Shown piece by piece: positions 42,661 to 58,267 of a stretch of DNA of 64,000 nt. The first letter of the stretch is position 1. Every line of letters begins with the position of its first letter. Source of the DNA: the human T2T-CHM13v2.0 reference genome, Homo sapiens; NCBI RefSeq assembly GCF_009914755.1, contig NC_060941.1. One strand, 5' to 3'. The position numbers were made by a program, and so were the translations under genes. The notes below the pieces were generated by a model that was given only the letters and a program-made list of their open reading frames with translations, ran no database searches and had not been told where the DNA came from.

Positions 42661-44210
42661 TAATGTCTACTTTTAAAGCAAAAATTACTAGACCAAGGGA
42701 AAAAAAAGAATCTATCAAAATTTGTGCTTAATAGTCCAGATATTGTATTTAGTAAAGACTTCAAAGCGGCTATTATAAATATTATAAATATGTCCAAATA
42801 GTTAAAAGATAATATACTATGAGTAAACAAGTAGGGATTATCAATAGAGAAGAATTATCTTTTTAAAAATGGAAATTCTAGAACTTAAAAGTACAATAAC
42901 TGAAGTTGAAAAGGAACTAGATAGGCTAACCAGTGTATCTGAGATGGCAGAAGAAAGAATCTGTGAGCGTGAAAAATAGACCAAGAAAAAAGCTCAAGTC
43001 TGAAAAAGAAAGATGAAAAACTTGAAGAAAACTATACAACACTTAGATATCTGTGGGGTCAATGTCAAGTGTCACAACATATGTTTAAGTGGGAGTGCCA
43101 GGAGGAGAGACGAACAGAGGGAAGAAAAGTTGTTAAAGAAATAATTGCTAAAATCTTCCCAAATTTGGTGAAAATGTATTATCCTTCATGTATGTGTAAG
43201 AAGTTTGACAAACCCAACAAGGAACACACAAAAAAACTATGACTAGACACATTATAATCAAAGTTAAAAGAAAAGAGAAAGATTTTGAGAGTAGCAAGAA
43301 AAAAACAACGAATTATATGTGGAGGATCTTTCAGCAGGAATGACGGAGTACTGAAAACACTGCTATGATACAAGACCGGAAAGACAAAAAACCAAAAATC
43401 CAAAAAAAAATGCCGACCGATAATTTAATATCTAACAAAACAACTCATCAGAAATGACGGTAAACTAAAGACAGGTCCAAATAAAAATTTAATGTGTTGC
43501 TAGTTGCTCTGTGCTACAACATATACTGAAGAAAATTCTTCACACTGAAGGGAAGTAATTCTAATCATATTCTGTATCCACAAGAAATGGTAAATATGTG
43601 TGTAAATACAAAATATTGATCTATATATACACACAATATTGATCTATATATATACTATGCTGTTTATATATACAACAATTTTTGCTTCTCTTAATTTCTC
43701 TAAAAGATATATGAATATTTAAAGGAAAAATTAAAATACACTATTATTTTGTTTCTAATGTTTATAGGTGTGATATATGAAAACAATAGTATAAACATGG
43801 GTTGAGTGTGCTATTTCAGTACAGATTTCTTATGTGTTCTGGAAATACTTCAGTGTTAACTTGAAACATGTTGGCATAAGTCAAAGATACATACTGCATA
43901 CCATAAAATGACCACTAAAATAACAACATGAAGCAATATAGGTAAAAATCTAACAGGTGAATTAAAATGGCACACTAAAAAATTCTGTTTAACATAAAAA
44001 GTATTAAAAGGAGAAACAGAGGTAAACCAACTGACAAAAATAGAAAACAAATAGCAAAATGGCAGACCTAATTTAAAACATATCAATAATTATATTAAAT
44101 GTCAACTATTTAAAAACTCCAATCAAATGAGACACTCATTCATTGCTAGGAAAAATGCAAAACAGTACAGAAATTTTGTAAACCTTTGGTGTTTAAATGT
44201 TAAGCATATC

Positions 44211-44529
<319 letters not shown>

Positions 44530-47500
44530 CATGTTAAGCATATCATGTAATTCAGCAATTTTACTTTCAGGTATCTTACACAATAGAACGGAACATTTAT
44601 GTTCACACAAAGATTTGTCTGTAATGGTCATAGAAGCATTATTTCTAATAATAGCTCAAAACTGGAAGCATTGCAAAGATTCACCAACAGGTGAATGAAT
44701 ACACAAAATGTGGTATAGCCATACAATGGAATAGAATTCGTAAAAAGATACAAACTACTGATATAAGCAACACCATAGATGGAACTCAAAGCATTTTGCT
44801 AAATAAAAGAAACTGGACAGAAAAGGCTATTGTGTAATTCCATTTAGATAAAATTTAAATGTGGCAATAACAATGGTGACAGAAATCAGTGATTTGTCAG
44901 GACTAGTGTTGGTGGCAGAGACTGACTGCAAAAAAGGCATGAGGGAAATGTTGGGCATGGAAATAGATATTCTAAAACTAGATTTTGGTACTGTTTTCAT
45001 ATGGTGGATTTAATAATACTGAAAGAGTTATACACTTAAAGGGGGTGAATTTCATTTTATATAAATTATATCTCAATAAAGTCTCAAAGAAAGCAGATTG
45101 AATTACAAAGTTATTAAGATTCCTGATGTGTATGTGTCTGTGTGTGTGTGTGTGAAGCAATGCTTTGTTCCACTTCTGAATTACTGCACTTTTGCTTATA
45201 CTAATGAAATGCTGCCTTAGTAATTATTTTCTTACCTGGTTCCTAAGTAGCTTAAAATCATGCAATGCGTTAGAGGAGAATAGATGGCTACCACTTAGCA
45301 TTCATGACTGATCATGAGCACAATGCCTGCTCACCTCATGGGCCACATGGTGTGAGAGTGCAGCACTGTGGCCTGTATTTAAACATTTCTGATATACAAA
45401 GATTAAATTTCTGATATAGAAAGATTGAAATATGAGGAAGGAAGTCACCATTATAGTTCATATTTCTTCATGGAGAAACATGAATGGAACTTAGCCAGGG
45501 GCCTTATCATTACTATTATTCTTAATTGCAGTGGTGGTTGTGAAGGCATTTGTTGATGTTGATGGCGACACTGGTAGTGACTTGGGTAATGGCAGTAGTA
45601 GTGGTAGCAAGCCTGGGAACCATGGGATCATTTGTGTAAAAGGACAAACAAACCAAGATAGAAATATTTTGCAGGTATATTCTCTATTCCCTTTAGATGT
45701 AGTAAGGCAGGAGTGATCTTGGCACTCTCGCTGGCTTTTCTCACAACACAAATGGAAAAGGTTAGTTCATTTGGCACCTCAGTACAGCTCTCCTTTCCAT
45801 CTCCTCTACTGCACAGAAGCCTATTCTAATGTACGCAGCTTCTTTAGTAAACCAGCTCATTGTGTGTTGACATTTTACTTTTGTGTACAGCAAGAAGATC
45901 ATGAAAAGGAAACACCATTCTGGCCATGCCCCTGCTTAATCCTTAAAATTCTCACTGGAAAATACCGCATCAACATGCTTCATCGTGGGCTTGTGGCATT
46001 TTGTTGTGTTTTATTTTGTTTTGTAGCTAGAACAATGCTTTTTTTGGTTTGGGCACCGTATTGCCTGGGGAAGAAAGGGAAATGTCTGTTATTGCTTGCT
46101 AAACATCTACCATGTAACCAGCCAAACCGCAGGAGCTAATCTCAAACCAGGGAGTTGACTTCTCAAGGAAGGAGTCCTGTGGTTTACATTCCTTTGACTA
46201 TAACCTCTTGAGTCGCCACGTTTTTCCACCTAATTTTTCTATATGTACTTCAATATGTAGATTTTGTGCTATTGCAATCTGTGTGGTGTTTTATTTGAAT
46301 TTTTTTAAGAGCAGAAATAACCAACAGTTTATATTCTTCTGTCTGTAGTGTCAAGATTAGAATCAGGTCACACAATTTCAAGGTCTATTTAATAAGTTGT
46401 TTTGCCTCTTTCTCAATGTAATTTTTACTAAACTCATCTGAAAAGTAGCATTCATTCCTATATTCATTCTTCCATTACAACTTTTAAAATACCTTCTATG
46501 GACCCTTTTTAATGCACTAGGAAAATAAAGGGAAGATATATAAGGTCTGATTTTTACCCCTAAAGACCTTATAGTCTGGTACAGATTCTGTTCATTAGTG
46601 TACCTGAAGCAAATAGAATGTTTAAATGAGGTAACTGAAAAGAGATTAAGGAAGATACTATTTATAATGTATTCATGAAAACCAAAAAGGGATAATAAGC
46701 ACCTCATATCTGGTAAGATCAAAGAGCCACTACCACTAGTAAATGTGAAGGAGCATAGGTCGTAAATACATCACAAATAAAGAGACTTGTGGCTCTAGAA
46801 AGAAAATGCTGCAAAAGGAACCATGTCCTAAGGTTGGAAATACAGCCATTGCAAACATTTGACCAGCAGATGGGAAGATGGGGAACTAACTATCTCACTT
46901 GTACTCTCCTCCCCCATTTTTTCAGTGCCTCCAATTGGTCAATCTAGCTGGAAGCAAGGGGCATGGGAGCTTGAATGATGTAATCCATAAAAGTGAGCTT
47001 CCTAACACACAGGGAAAGAACAAGAAAAATGTGGAGTAAATCTAAAGAAAACAAAGAGAAAACAGAATACAGACAAATTTGGCAATGACATCTCATCAAT
47101 AAATTTGCTTTGGAAAAGGATTAAAATAGTTAGTTCCATTTAATCTAATTAATTGATCCATTTAGCTATGGTTTCTTTATTAGTAGAAAACAGATACCAA
47201 GTAATAGCTACAAATTTGTAAAACCAGAGATAGAAGGAGGCTTATGAGTGAACCCTATTACTTTAATCATTTCCATACAGCATGACACATTGCACAGCTG
47301 TTCCTTTATTTCAAGCTCGATCTATAGTTCATCTTAATTTTATGAGACAAATACTAAACATACAGGAAAAGAGCATGGAAAGAGAAAGGAGGGGAAAAGT
47401 AGAACGGAAGTCAAAATGAGATAGTGTGAGAGTGAAGAGAGAGAAGAGAGAAAGAGATAGAGGGAAAGATGGAAATGTAAATGAAAGGCAATGGAAGAGA

Positions 47501-48039
47501 AATACATTGTGCTGTTGTGAATAATTTTGAATAACCCTAATCATATCAAAAAAAGGTCATTTTATATTGAGAAATCTCAAGTTCTGGCAAGCAGCAGATC
47601 CTTGCAGCTCCCTGACTCCTCTGATTTTTTTTATATGTTAAATTAATCTGAGTTTTCTTTCACGCTTTTTTCTCTTCTTGCTATATACAGTGTCATCAAA
47701 AAACGTGCTTCAAATATCACCTCAGTGCTTATAAATCCCATTTCTGTATGTTAGTTTTAACTTTTATTTTCTCTCAAGATTAAGGTCCATATAACCAAGG
47801 AATTATCACATATTTCCACTGGGATGTCAAATTCAGTTTGTGTAAAATCAGACCTGACTTTAGTACCAAACCTTTTATCCAGCATAGAAACTCAGCAATA
47901 TCAGTGAATATCCTTTCATCCTCACCTCCAAATACAATCAGACGTTAATTCCTTCAGGTTCTTCTGGGTTCAGATTTCTCTTGCCTTCTAGCATTTGAAA
48001 ATACTCTTTCCACTTCTTCATCCTTTCTATCTTCCCTAC

Positions 48040-48335
48040 CTCTTTTTCAACTTGTATTCTTATCAAGGTAACCCCAACTCGAAACTCTAGGGTTCAACCT
48101 AAATCTTCTATACTTTTTCAAATCTGATTCAGATGCCCCTCTGATGTAATCTTAACCTAGCATCTTAACATCCTCTTTTTATAACATTTTCATAAATATT
48201 TTCTAGTCTTGTGTAGATTAAATCTATAGGAGAGACAGGGCTATATTTATTTTGTTCACTCTAGCATCCTTAGTCCCTAGCATTAAGTCTGTGTGACAGC
48301 AGATCTTCAATAAGTATTACTTGATGAATGGATGA
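48040..48335 (+). mobile_element. L2 3' fragment
   Basis: gacagggctatatttattttgttcact..tagtccctagca..tcaataagtattacttgatgaatg. Confidence 0.6.
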
Positions 48336-49609
48336 TATTTTTAATGATTTAGTTATTGTATCCAAACTTAGAATCCAGTTTCTGATATACAAATGGTTTT
48401 CCTAATTTAAGTATCTCTACAAAATAAGTTCTTTCTAAGTTCTTCTTTCGATAGAAATCAGACTTTACTGAATTCTGAATTAATGTTTGGCACATTAGAT
48501 TGAATGGAATCAGAAACATGTTGCTCTTCCCATTGTAAGACACAGAGATAAATATTCATATGATATAGTTCTGCTTATCAAAGTTAGGTCTTCCCAGATA
48601 CTAAAGTGATTCATAGCTAAATCATTCAAAGGCAAGATAATATTGGTCTTTATTTTTGGAACCAGCATCTCATCTTAAAATTTGATGGTGGGGCTGCTAA
48701 TAGAATGGTATTCTGATTATAGACTCTTCAATTTGGAAAGCACTCCAGCTGACCTATTTTACTTGTACTCTGGGTTATTCAGAAGTGCAAAGAAAATTAA
48801 AAATCCCTCTTGACTTCTGGAAGAGCAAAACTTATCTTCTGAATTAATGCATTTTAGAATTGGACTGCAGCTCAGCAGTATTGGGCACTTGGACTAATAA
48901 GCTTACTCTGTACAATCACTTGAAGAATAAAGTACAGCTGAACCACGCACTGTATTAACAAGCTAGAACTTGGGTTAAATTTGACTGTTGATTCATTCTT
49001 TGGCATCATCACCTTTATGAGTCTTTGCCTCTCTTTAACCTTAGCTGAAGCCACAAACATTGTCTGATCTTGCTGACACCTGGGATGCACTCAGAATGAT
49101 GAATGTGGAAGCTTTGTGGAGGCAATAAAGTTGCAACACCCATAATCTAAAACTGGCTCAAGGAATCACCATGAATCAACCAAAGATCTGATGAGCGTAA
49201 GGACAGCTAGCAGCCTAAACATTTGACATCTATTGCCTTTCCTAAAGAATTGAAAGCTGCCTGCTCAAATGAGAGAAGAGGGTAGAAAGGACACTTAAGC
49301 CTTGAATATAAAAGGCATTTTTAAAGTTTTTGGTTTTTTGGTGGTAGTGGTTGGAAAAAGGCAAAATATACTTCAGCCCCTCTGATATTTACATTATTTT
49401 CAATGTCTTCTTAAGGAGATATTTAATATATGTATTAGTCAATATAGATTGGGTAACTATTGGAAGAAAGTGCAGTAGGAAAAGTTTACAAAAAATATTA
49501 AATATGCCCTCAGTCTCCTGATTTCAGTCTTTGGTCATTATCTGTCCACAGCTGGTCAAAATTTAGGGTTGAAACAACACTTGAGAATGATAAGCTAAAG
49601 CTATGGTAC

Positions 49610-49750
49610 CAACTGCCTACCTAGTCAAGGGATGTGTCAGAATCATCCAGAGACTCTTCATAGTCCTCATTCCTGAATCCTCTGCCCCCAAAGCATTGAT
49701 TCAGTATATCTGGAGTGGGGTTCAGAAAACTCAGTTTAGAACTCCTTCTA
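49610..49750. mobile_element. MER5-like hAT MITE fragment
   Basis: tcagaatcatccagaga...tgattcagtatatctggagtgggg. Confidence 0.55.
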
Positions 49751-50475
49751 GAAACCTAATTTAAGAATATGTCTATTTTTTATATTCTAAATTCCATAAG
49801 CCTTTGTTTAAAATCAGAAAATTAAAAAATAAACTAATTTAAAAATAAACTAATTCTATGTTGCTTTAGATTGTATAAAATTGTCTTGTTGTATTATTTT
49901 TACTAATATATATGTTTGTATGTATATATCTGCCCATCTTGTTTTTCTGTAGTATGTAGTTATTCCTATGTTCTTCATTGGTTTAGTGCTACAAAGCAGT
50001 GTCTCTCTTCTGGAGGGCTATAGGATATGCAACTAGTACATGCTATTTAATGCTTCCGTTTTGTTTTATCTGACAAGGTAATAAAATTTAAGCTCAGGAG
50101 CAATCATTTCTTTATTTGGGGGATGGCCATGTTTTCCATTACTTTTCAGTAATTGGCCTAATGTTAGGATTCCATTGTACATCTGTTTTAAATTGCACAC
50201 CGTTCACACCTTTTTTGAATGTAAATGTGACATTAATTATAAATGCATGAAATATGGGTAATGGTGAATCAGCCAGTATAAGAGAAAGTTGGGACAGGGA
50301 GCCAATTCAGTCATTGCAATGCCAGACTAAATCGATTTGCTATTTGGATAGTATCTCAAAACTAGTAAATAATAGAAAAATTTTTATAGCTTAACTTTCA
50401 CCAAATTCTCTGCCTTCCCGGATGCCTTTAATAAGTAAACGACACAGATTTGAGGGTCTATCCTATGTAACCCTA

Positions 50476-50700
<225 letters not shown>

Positions 50701-50825
50701 CTACTTTCCATTGTTAAACGAAATAATTAACATCACAATAAGAAGCATCATGTTTTCATCACTGCAGTGATTTAGTGAGTAGATACTTGAGTATGTACAC
50801 ATTTGAGTGATTAAAAAGCCTCTCA

Positions 50826-50883
50826 CACTCCAACCTGGGCAACAGAGTGAGATGCCCTACCAAAAAAAAAAAAAAAAAAAAAA
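50826..50883 (+). mobile_element. Extremely 5'-truncated Alu (~35 nt plus poly-A)
   Basis: cactccaacctgggcaacagagtgaga plus A22. TSD aaa(a/t)agcctctc. Confidence 0.85.
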
Positions 50884-50989
50884 TAGCCTCTCCAAAGGTC
50901 TCTCCATACTGAAGGACAAGCTTCACTCAAATTCCAGTATCGATCCTTTAAGCCACTGCTAGAAAAATGTAAAATAAATAAATAAATAA

Positions 50990-51280
50990 GGCCGGGCGCG
51001 GTGGCTCACGCCTGTAATCCCAGCACTTTGGGAGGCCAAGGAGAGTGGATCACGAGGTCAGGAGATCGAGACCATCTTGGCTAACACGGTGAAACCCCAT
51101 CTCTACTAAAAATACAAAAAATTAGCCGGGCATGGTGGCGGGTGCCTGTAGTCCCAGCTACTCAGGAGGCTGAGGAAGAACGGCGTGAACCCAGGAGGTG
51201 GAGCTTGCAGTGAGCTGAGATCTCGCCACGCACTCCAGCCTGGGCGACAGACTGAGACTCCGCCTCAAAAAAAAAAAAAA
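50990..51280 (+). mobile_element. AluY, full length
   Basis: GGCCGGGCGCGGTGGCTCACG start, ggatcacgaggtcaggagatcgagaccatc, ggctaacacggtg. Confidence 0.96.
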
Positions 51281-51309
51281 GTAAAATTAAAAGAAAACAA
51301 ATAGCATTG

Positions 51310-51311
51310 TT

Positions 51312-51359
<48 letters not shown>

Positions 51360-51374
51360 TTTTTTTTTTTTTTT
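51310..51374. repeat. (TTTC)n plus poly-T microsatellite
   Basis: Directly visible. Confidence 0.95.
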
Positions 51375-52617
51375 CATTAAGGTTTAAAAAATACCAGGGT
51401 CAAGTCTTAAAAAACTCCATCACAGCCTTAAAAGTAAATTCTGCAGACTCTTCACCTTATCCCAAGCCATGGCCATCGCTCTAACTCAGACTTGTCTAGG
51501 CGTGCACATTGGCAAAGAAAGCTCTGCTCATGGGCACCCTTTGGCAAAGACTTTTATTTAACGGAAGTTTTTAACCCACAACTGAGGTCTTATGAACGGG
51601 AATGCCAATCTTTAACTCCAAATATTATTTATTAACTGGTTACACTACTACATATGGAACTTTGAGTGCTTTTATAGAGAGTCTGGGAGGTAATTTGAAA
51701 GAGCTCTTTTTATAAAGTCTTTGAGTAATGCAAGAAACTCAATTCAGTGCTATCATGAAACCTGTGTGTGGAGTAATGTGGGAGTGAGAGTGGAGTCTTC
51801 TTACTTGAGGACCAGGCGATTTGCTGGTTGCGCACTGGAATACTCAGAGATTACAGTTGAATTTGAGTGTGTGTATACCGCCAGCTCATCAGCAGTACCT
51901 TGAGCTGCATGGTGGTCTCAAGCAATGATTACATTGTTGCATTGGAGAGGCTGATCTAGCAGAAGCATCAGCACTAGTGGTAGATAGTTTCCCAGAGGTG
52001 GCTTTTGAACCTTGAATCAACTTCAGAAAAAAGCGCAGAAGGGTCCATGGTTATGGGGCCATGTTGATGGGTTGGGCCGTGATGAGGCTTAGCAAGTCCC
52101 AGATGCCTGGGCTGTACACACCTCAAAGGGACTGGGTCGGTGGAGGACCTCCCAGGGTGATCTAACTTGAAATATATAAGATCATTCATCCTCCAAAGTC
52201 AATGAGATCACCCCTACGGATTCCTGGAAAGAATTAAAGAGAATTTGCTGGAGATTTGAATAGGGCTTTGCAGGGAACCACAGGTCGCATAGTATGTAGG
52301 AGGGCATACATGATTTCTATGTAAATGCAACCCAATCTGTATCTCTAAGCTGGTGTGGTCTGAAGAAACAAAGGTTACATAATCTGTACTGGCTCTGGCA
52401 AAGTCGTAGCCATTGTTTTTTTAGATAGTCTCATAGAAAAGACTGCTGGAACTGGTTAATGGGTAAATGCAGTTAAACCTAGTTGAAAAGTTATTTCTTA
52501 AGAGTACTGATTAAGAACTTAATAATATTCTGTAAGGAATTTTCTAATAATCTCTCCTGGGGCTCTGCTCCTGGTTCTGCCTTTTCAACAGCTGTGTTAT
52601 TAATTTGGACAAACTGA

Positions 52618-52740
52618 ATATATGTATTGTATGTGTATGTGTACATATATACATATATGCACATACATATACATGCACACACATGCATGCTTAAGCATAT
52701 ATACACATACATGTATACAGACATATATACATACACAAAT
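52618..52740. repeat. TA/TG/CA low-complexity tract
   Basis: Directly visible. Confidence 0.85.
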
Positions 52741-53129
52741 AGATGTTTATATGTTTGCCATAATTACTTAATTTGCTGATGAGAGAAATCTGGAAGGGAC
52801 ATTTAACACCATAACTGACCCCAAGATATTTAACGAAGTCCACTAACTTAGAATGATGAACCAAAACCTAAAAAAGAAAGTTACATGGAAAGAAATGCAA
52901 AGTAGATTTTTAATCAATTACACAATTATAATATAATAGAAAGTGCACTGTGGGAAGAAGCTGGTTTCCAGCCCTTGCCTTGTCATTAAGTCCAATTAGA
53001 CAAGTTAGGCCTTGAGATAGGATGTAAATCCCTTTATCTATAATGTGACTAGGGTTTGAGCAGATCATTTCTGAAATCCCTTAAGACTAAATTATGAGTG
53101 TGAGGGTTGTCTGGCTGTGTTTATTGTTA

Positions 53130-53350
53130 GAAAAGGCACATGGCTTGGATTCAATAGATGGAAATACAAGGTCTATTGTTTAATAGTTGTATATATTTGA
53201 GCAAGCTATTTAAAGTCTCTGAGCCTCAGTTTTCTCATCTGTTGGATAAAAATTATAACTACTTACTAGAGGAGTTTGAGGAAGCATAAAGGGAGATAAT
53301 ACATATGAAGTATGAGGAGAGAGTGCAGCACATAGTTGAAATTAATATAT
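53130..53350 (+). mobile_element. MIR
   Basis: ttgagcaagctatttaaagtctctgagcctcagttttctcatctgt core. Confidence 0.8.
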
Positions 53351-54715
53351 ATAATGTATTCTCTTAATTCAGCCTTGTTTTAAAATTTTTTAAAGGTTTA
53401 GAAGAAATTTCCATCATTCAGAAATCTAAGTGAACAAATAATGTAATATTTACTGCCAAAAATTCAAGCATGCATTATTGTTCACAGTTCATAAGAGTTA
53501 TTTGCTAAGAGTGATGTCTCCAAATAGGGTGCTCCTATTTTAAGATAAGCCATAACAAATTAGGGCTTATTAAAAAGAACATCATATGGAGAGAAAAGAG
53601 AGTTTTGGGAAGCTATTTCATATAAATAGTCATTGAAAAAATGCAATGTATCATGAGAGACATGCAGGTTGTAAAGGGACATTGAAAGTTCTATAAAAAT
53701 TATTTTTGACATTTGGTCATCAATGACATCAAGTCAGGTATAGTCTGGTTATATGCTGCCTCTGAGAACCAGGTAGAACCAAGTAATAGAACTGACATAG
53801 AGGCTGATATCAATTCATTATGAAATGAACATTGCATCAACTAGACAGATCTGACATTGAAAAGATGACCTCATGACTCAGGGACATCCCCATCACTATG
53901 GGCCTCAAAAAGTTGTAGATGACCTTTAATTAACATGGTAGAAAGAATCTTGCATTGGCTTAGAGGATGAACCACATGATATTTAGATTTCCTTGTAACT
54001 TTGAGACTCTATAATTCCAAGAAGGAAGTGGGTTGACAAGGCTTACATTCTGCAAACCAGTTTCATCAGAACTGCTGTGTTGTGACCTGAAATATGAAGG
54101 CGTTTTTGACAAACAATAAGACAGCCTTCTTCCCAGCACAAGAATTTCCCCTGAGGAATTCTCTGATGTTGGCACCTCTTGAAATAGTGCTTTGGCAACA
54201 TACGTGAGCCTGCGGCAAATATATCTAGACTCCATCTGGTTTGCTTCCTCTTCATCACCCTAACACTTTTCCTATAGCCAACACACACTACTTGGCTTTA
54301 TTAATTAGTTAGAGTTACTGTGTATTTATCCAAATTTTCAACTCCTTGATCTTCCTTCTCTCATCTATTATTTTACTCTGCTAAAGTGCTCGCCTAATGT
54401 GGGTTCAGTCATTTAAATTTTTGGCTCTGGCTTCAACCACAGATGTTGGGTTATGTTTTATTGTCACGTCTTTAACAATGACAGAGGAATGTAGAGGGGG
54501 CTGAGAAACTTGGACAGTAAAATACACACCCTAAGGTCTTTGTTTCTATTATCAAAGCTGAAGACTTAAGCCTTTGGGAAAATTGAAAGTTTATACTCTG
54601 GGCAGTGCTATATTCTTTTGCTCAGAGACCGGCCTCTATTTCCCATCCGTGCACACCTTGGGGCTTCCTACAATATGAAGTATTTGAACGTTGCCTTATT
54701 TTTAGAAATCTTAGT

Positions 54716-55261
54716 ATAGTGAGCAGTCTTCTGAGATGGCTCCAAATAATCCCCACCTCCTAATATTCACACTCTTTCTATTCCTTTCCTTTTTAGTGTG
54801 GGAGGGACCTGGTAACTTGCATCTAATGAGGAGAATATGGCAAAAAGGATAGGAGAACATGGCAAAAAGGACAGGATGTTACAAAAGCATATAGGCGCTT
54901 TCTTTCTCTCTCTCTCTCTCATTGGCTTTGATGAAACAAGCTTCCAGGTTTGAGACATCCACATGGCATAGAACTGAGGATACTGTCAAAAAAGCCAAAG
55001 GCCTTTAGTCCAACAACCCACAAAGAACTGAATCAACAAACTGTGACCTCAGAAGTGGATTATTTTTGAGTTTATCCTTGAGATGAGACCATAGCTCCAG
55101 TTGACAACTGGATTACAACCCATGACAGACCCTGAAGCACAGAACCCATTCACTTTGTGCCTGGATTCCTGACATATAAGAGCCATGAGATAATAAGTGT
55201 GTGTTGTTTTAAGTGACTAAGTTTTCAACTGATGAGCTATACAGAAATAGATAACTAATAT
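54716..55261 (+). mobile_element. MLT1F-like solo LTR (ERVL-MaLR)
   Basis: gagatggctccaaataatccccacctcct...agaatatggcaaa...ctggattcctgac...gtgttgttttaag...aatagataactaata. Internal 22-bp tandem duplication near 54830-54875. Confidence 0.8.
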
Positions 55262-55495
55262 ACTCGCTATAGTAGACAAAAACCCAAGGCTGGAATATAA
55301 ATAATTTAGGTACCAATTATTCACATTACTACAGAATAAACTCTAGGATTCCTTTTAATCTAAGTGCCTTTAAGAAATTAAGTCTTGTGTATCTTTTGAC
55401 TATTAAAAGTAGAAAAATATAGAGTTAAAAGAAAACACTCATTGTTAATTAAAAATTAACAAGAAGTTACAATAAGGCATCTTATGACCTTTGGG

Positions 55496-55931
55496 TGTTA
55501 TCGATCAGGGATTCACTAGAGAAATCGAACAAGTAGGAAGTATATAACAAGGGACTTATTGCAAAGAATTGGCGTACACAATTATAGACAAGCTAGATAA
55601 ATCTGAAATCCACAGAGCAGGCCAACAAAGAAGGACAGGCTGGAACTGTCAGGTGAAAACGGAAGCTTCAGTCCACTGGGAAAATTTCTTATTCTCCTGG
55701 GAAATCTCAGCTCTGCAGTTAAGACCATTCAACTGATTTAATCAAGTCTACCTATATTAATCTAAAACAATCTCCCTTACTTTAAGACAGCTGATTATGG
55801 ACTTTAATTATATCTGCAAAATACCTTTACAGTAACAGCTAAATTAGGATTTGGTTGAATAACTGGAGACTATTATAATACTGAATATCATATCATGTAA
55901 ATCGAAGTGGACATATACAACTGGCCATCAA
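55496..55931 (-). mobile_element. MLT2 (C/D-like) solo LTR (ERVL)
   Basis: gaattggcgtacacaattat..tctgaaatccacagagcaggcc..ttcaactgatt..atctgcaaaatacctttacag..gacatatacaactggccatca. Confidence 0.8.
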
Positions 55932-58267
55932 TCATTTAAATCAAAGGAAAATAAATGTGAAATTTATTTGAAATTTGAAATGCTCATAGCATTCTAGTAA
56001 CCATTTGCAATGAAAATTAAAGCCAATATTTTGTTTTCATCTTCATGGAGAAACTTACACAGTTGAAAAGTAAATATGAGCCAGTTCTACAACTAAGTTT
56101 AAAAATGTATTTCTTTCTCAGATCTTTATTTTATTCAGAACTTTGAGAGCCACATTTGAATTAACTCCAATGATATAAAACTATTCAAATATTCAACACA
56201 ATAGTTATTTTCCCAATTTTTATTTACATAGTAAAATACTAAGTAAATGTTATAATCATGTTTTTAATGTAATTATTTTATGGATAAAGAAAGAAAACTG
56301 TGGTTGAAACTTTGTCCAATTATCAAAAACACTAATCAATTTTTCTTTGACTTGTTTACTGGATCCTAAAACTTGTTTTTTAATATCTAGCAATTGAGCC
56401 ATCTCAGGGGTAAATGGTAGGATAAAGATTCTCTTCTACATGTCTAGTCACTAAAGACACTATTACGATAAATAAGTGATTTGGGCAAAAAAAGCATAAA
56501 TTGTGGGTTATTTACCTATTGTAACCAAAAATTAAGATCATTTTATATATTCTATATGCACTTATCTATCTATCAAATATTTACTAAATGCCAGGCAGGG
56601 GTCTAGTTCCTGGAGATAGAGCGATCCCTATCTTTATTTTAATCTAAAAACAAATGAGATTTGAATGAAAAAAATAAAAATAATGATAGAGATGATCAGT
56701 AGATGGCATCAAGTGAAGTAAATCTGATTTGTTTGGATCCCTGTTCTTTTAAGGAAACATCTTAAAAGATAGCATGAGAACAAATTATATCAGGCATTTA
56801 CACTCCCTGAGAGTAAAAGCTACAAAAAAAAGCAGCTGGAAATCTCAGAAGGGACATTTGGAACATCAGCAATGAAAGATATACAGCAAAAATTTATAAA
56901 TATCTGGGTAAACATAATAGACTATTCTTCTTTTGAGTTATTTGAAACTGTTAGATGCTTGAATTGCAACATCTGCCTGCAAGTTCTGGAATCTCTTAAG
57001 GTCAGTTACTTCTGCATTGTGTGGTGGACTTTATGTTCCTGCAGAAATAGCCTTGAGAAGTCTGGGATTCTCACTGGCAACTATGTTGCACCAAGTACTA
57101 GAAGCAGCTGAGAAACATATCCAGATACATGGTTTTGGGGGCATTTTGAGATACTTTTGTTATTAAAGAGACCTTGGCTCATCTCAGAATTTATAAAGAA
57201 CTTATCAGACAGATTAGAATTCCACTGAGTTCCACAGTGTGATGTGTGGCTTCCACATTGTGTAGGAGGCGGGTGTATTATACTCACATTTTTCTCCCTT
57301 TTCCTCCTCCTTTATTTTCCAACTCAAATACTTGATAAAACAACTAGTTTATGTGACACAATGTGACCTACTAATTTTGGGCTACCTGCAGATTCTTCAA
57401 AATGTTTGAAGCCAAGCCATGTTGTTTACTTTAAATAAGATATTGATGTAAAAATATAAATCAATAAAATAAAATATATTCTCGGTAGCAAAGAAAATCT
57501 GAAATAAAATAGAAAAAAAATCTATTTTCTTATAATCAAATTTGAAGCATTAAAGAAATATATGTCCATTTCTCAATGACCTTCAAGCACGCATTCATTT
57601 TTCTAACATATTCCCTCCATCTCCTCCTTAAAAATATAGGAGCCTAAACCAAGAACATTACAAAGAAGTTTACATATCAGACAAGACGTTGGACATGGTC
57701 ACCTTTCCACATCCTTGGTGCTTTTCATCCTGAGAATAGGAAACAAACCCATTTCCAATGTTCTCAACCATTTTCTGTGGTTTCTTTGCTGGCTATCAGC
57801 TGCATTTGTACCACAACCACCTGAAAATCAACCAATCAATCTCTCTCTTTATTTCTCTCTCTCTCTCTTTCTCTCATCCTCAAGATAACTACAGTCTTTA
57901 CATGGTCTTTACACTTAGTGTTTGACTAAATATGTCAAGCTAAAGGTATAAAAACTGACTCAACCCAGCTAGGCTGAGACCACATTTCCACCCAAGTATT
58001 TGGTGGCTGGCAGCTTTTGAACAGGACTCCTGAACTTGTCCTTGAAAACCAGTGTAATATGAATTACTGTATTGATGGCAATGTGCACACAAACTTTCTG
58101 CCTTTTTGTTCCACTCTCCCCTACCCCATTAATCTCAATAGAAACATTTGTCTTTTATCCTAATGTTGTGTTATATATGGTGTGTGATATATTCTTATTT
58201 TGTGTTATTACAAGATCTTTAAAAAGATAAAAAACAGAAGCCTCCAAATTTGTTCTTTAAAATATAC

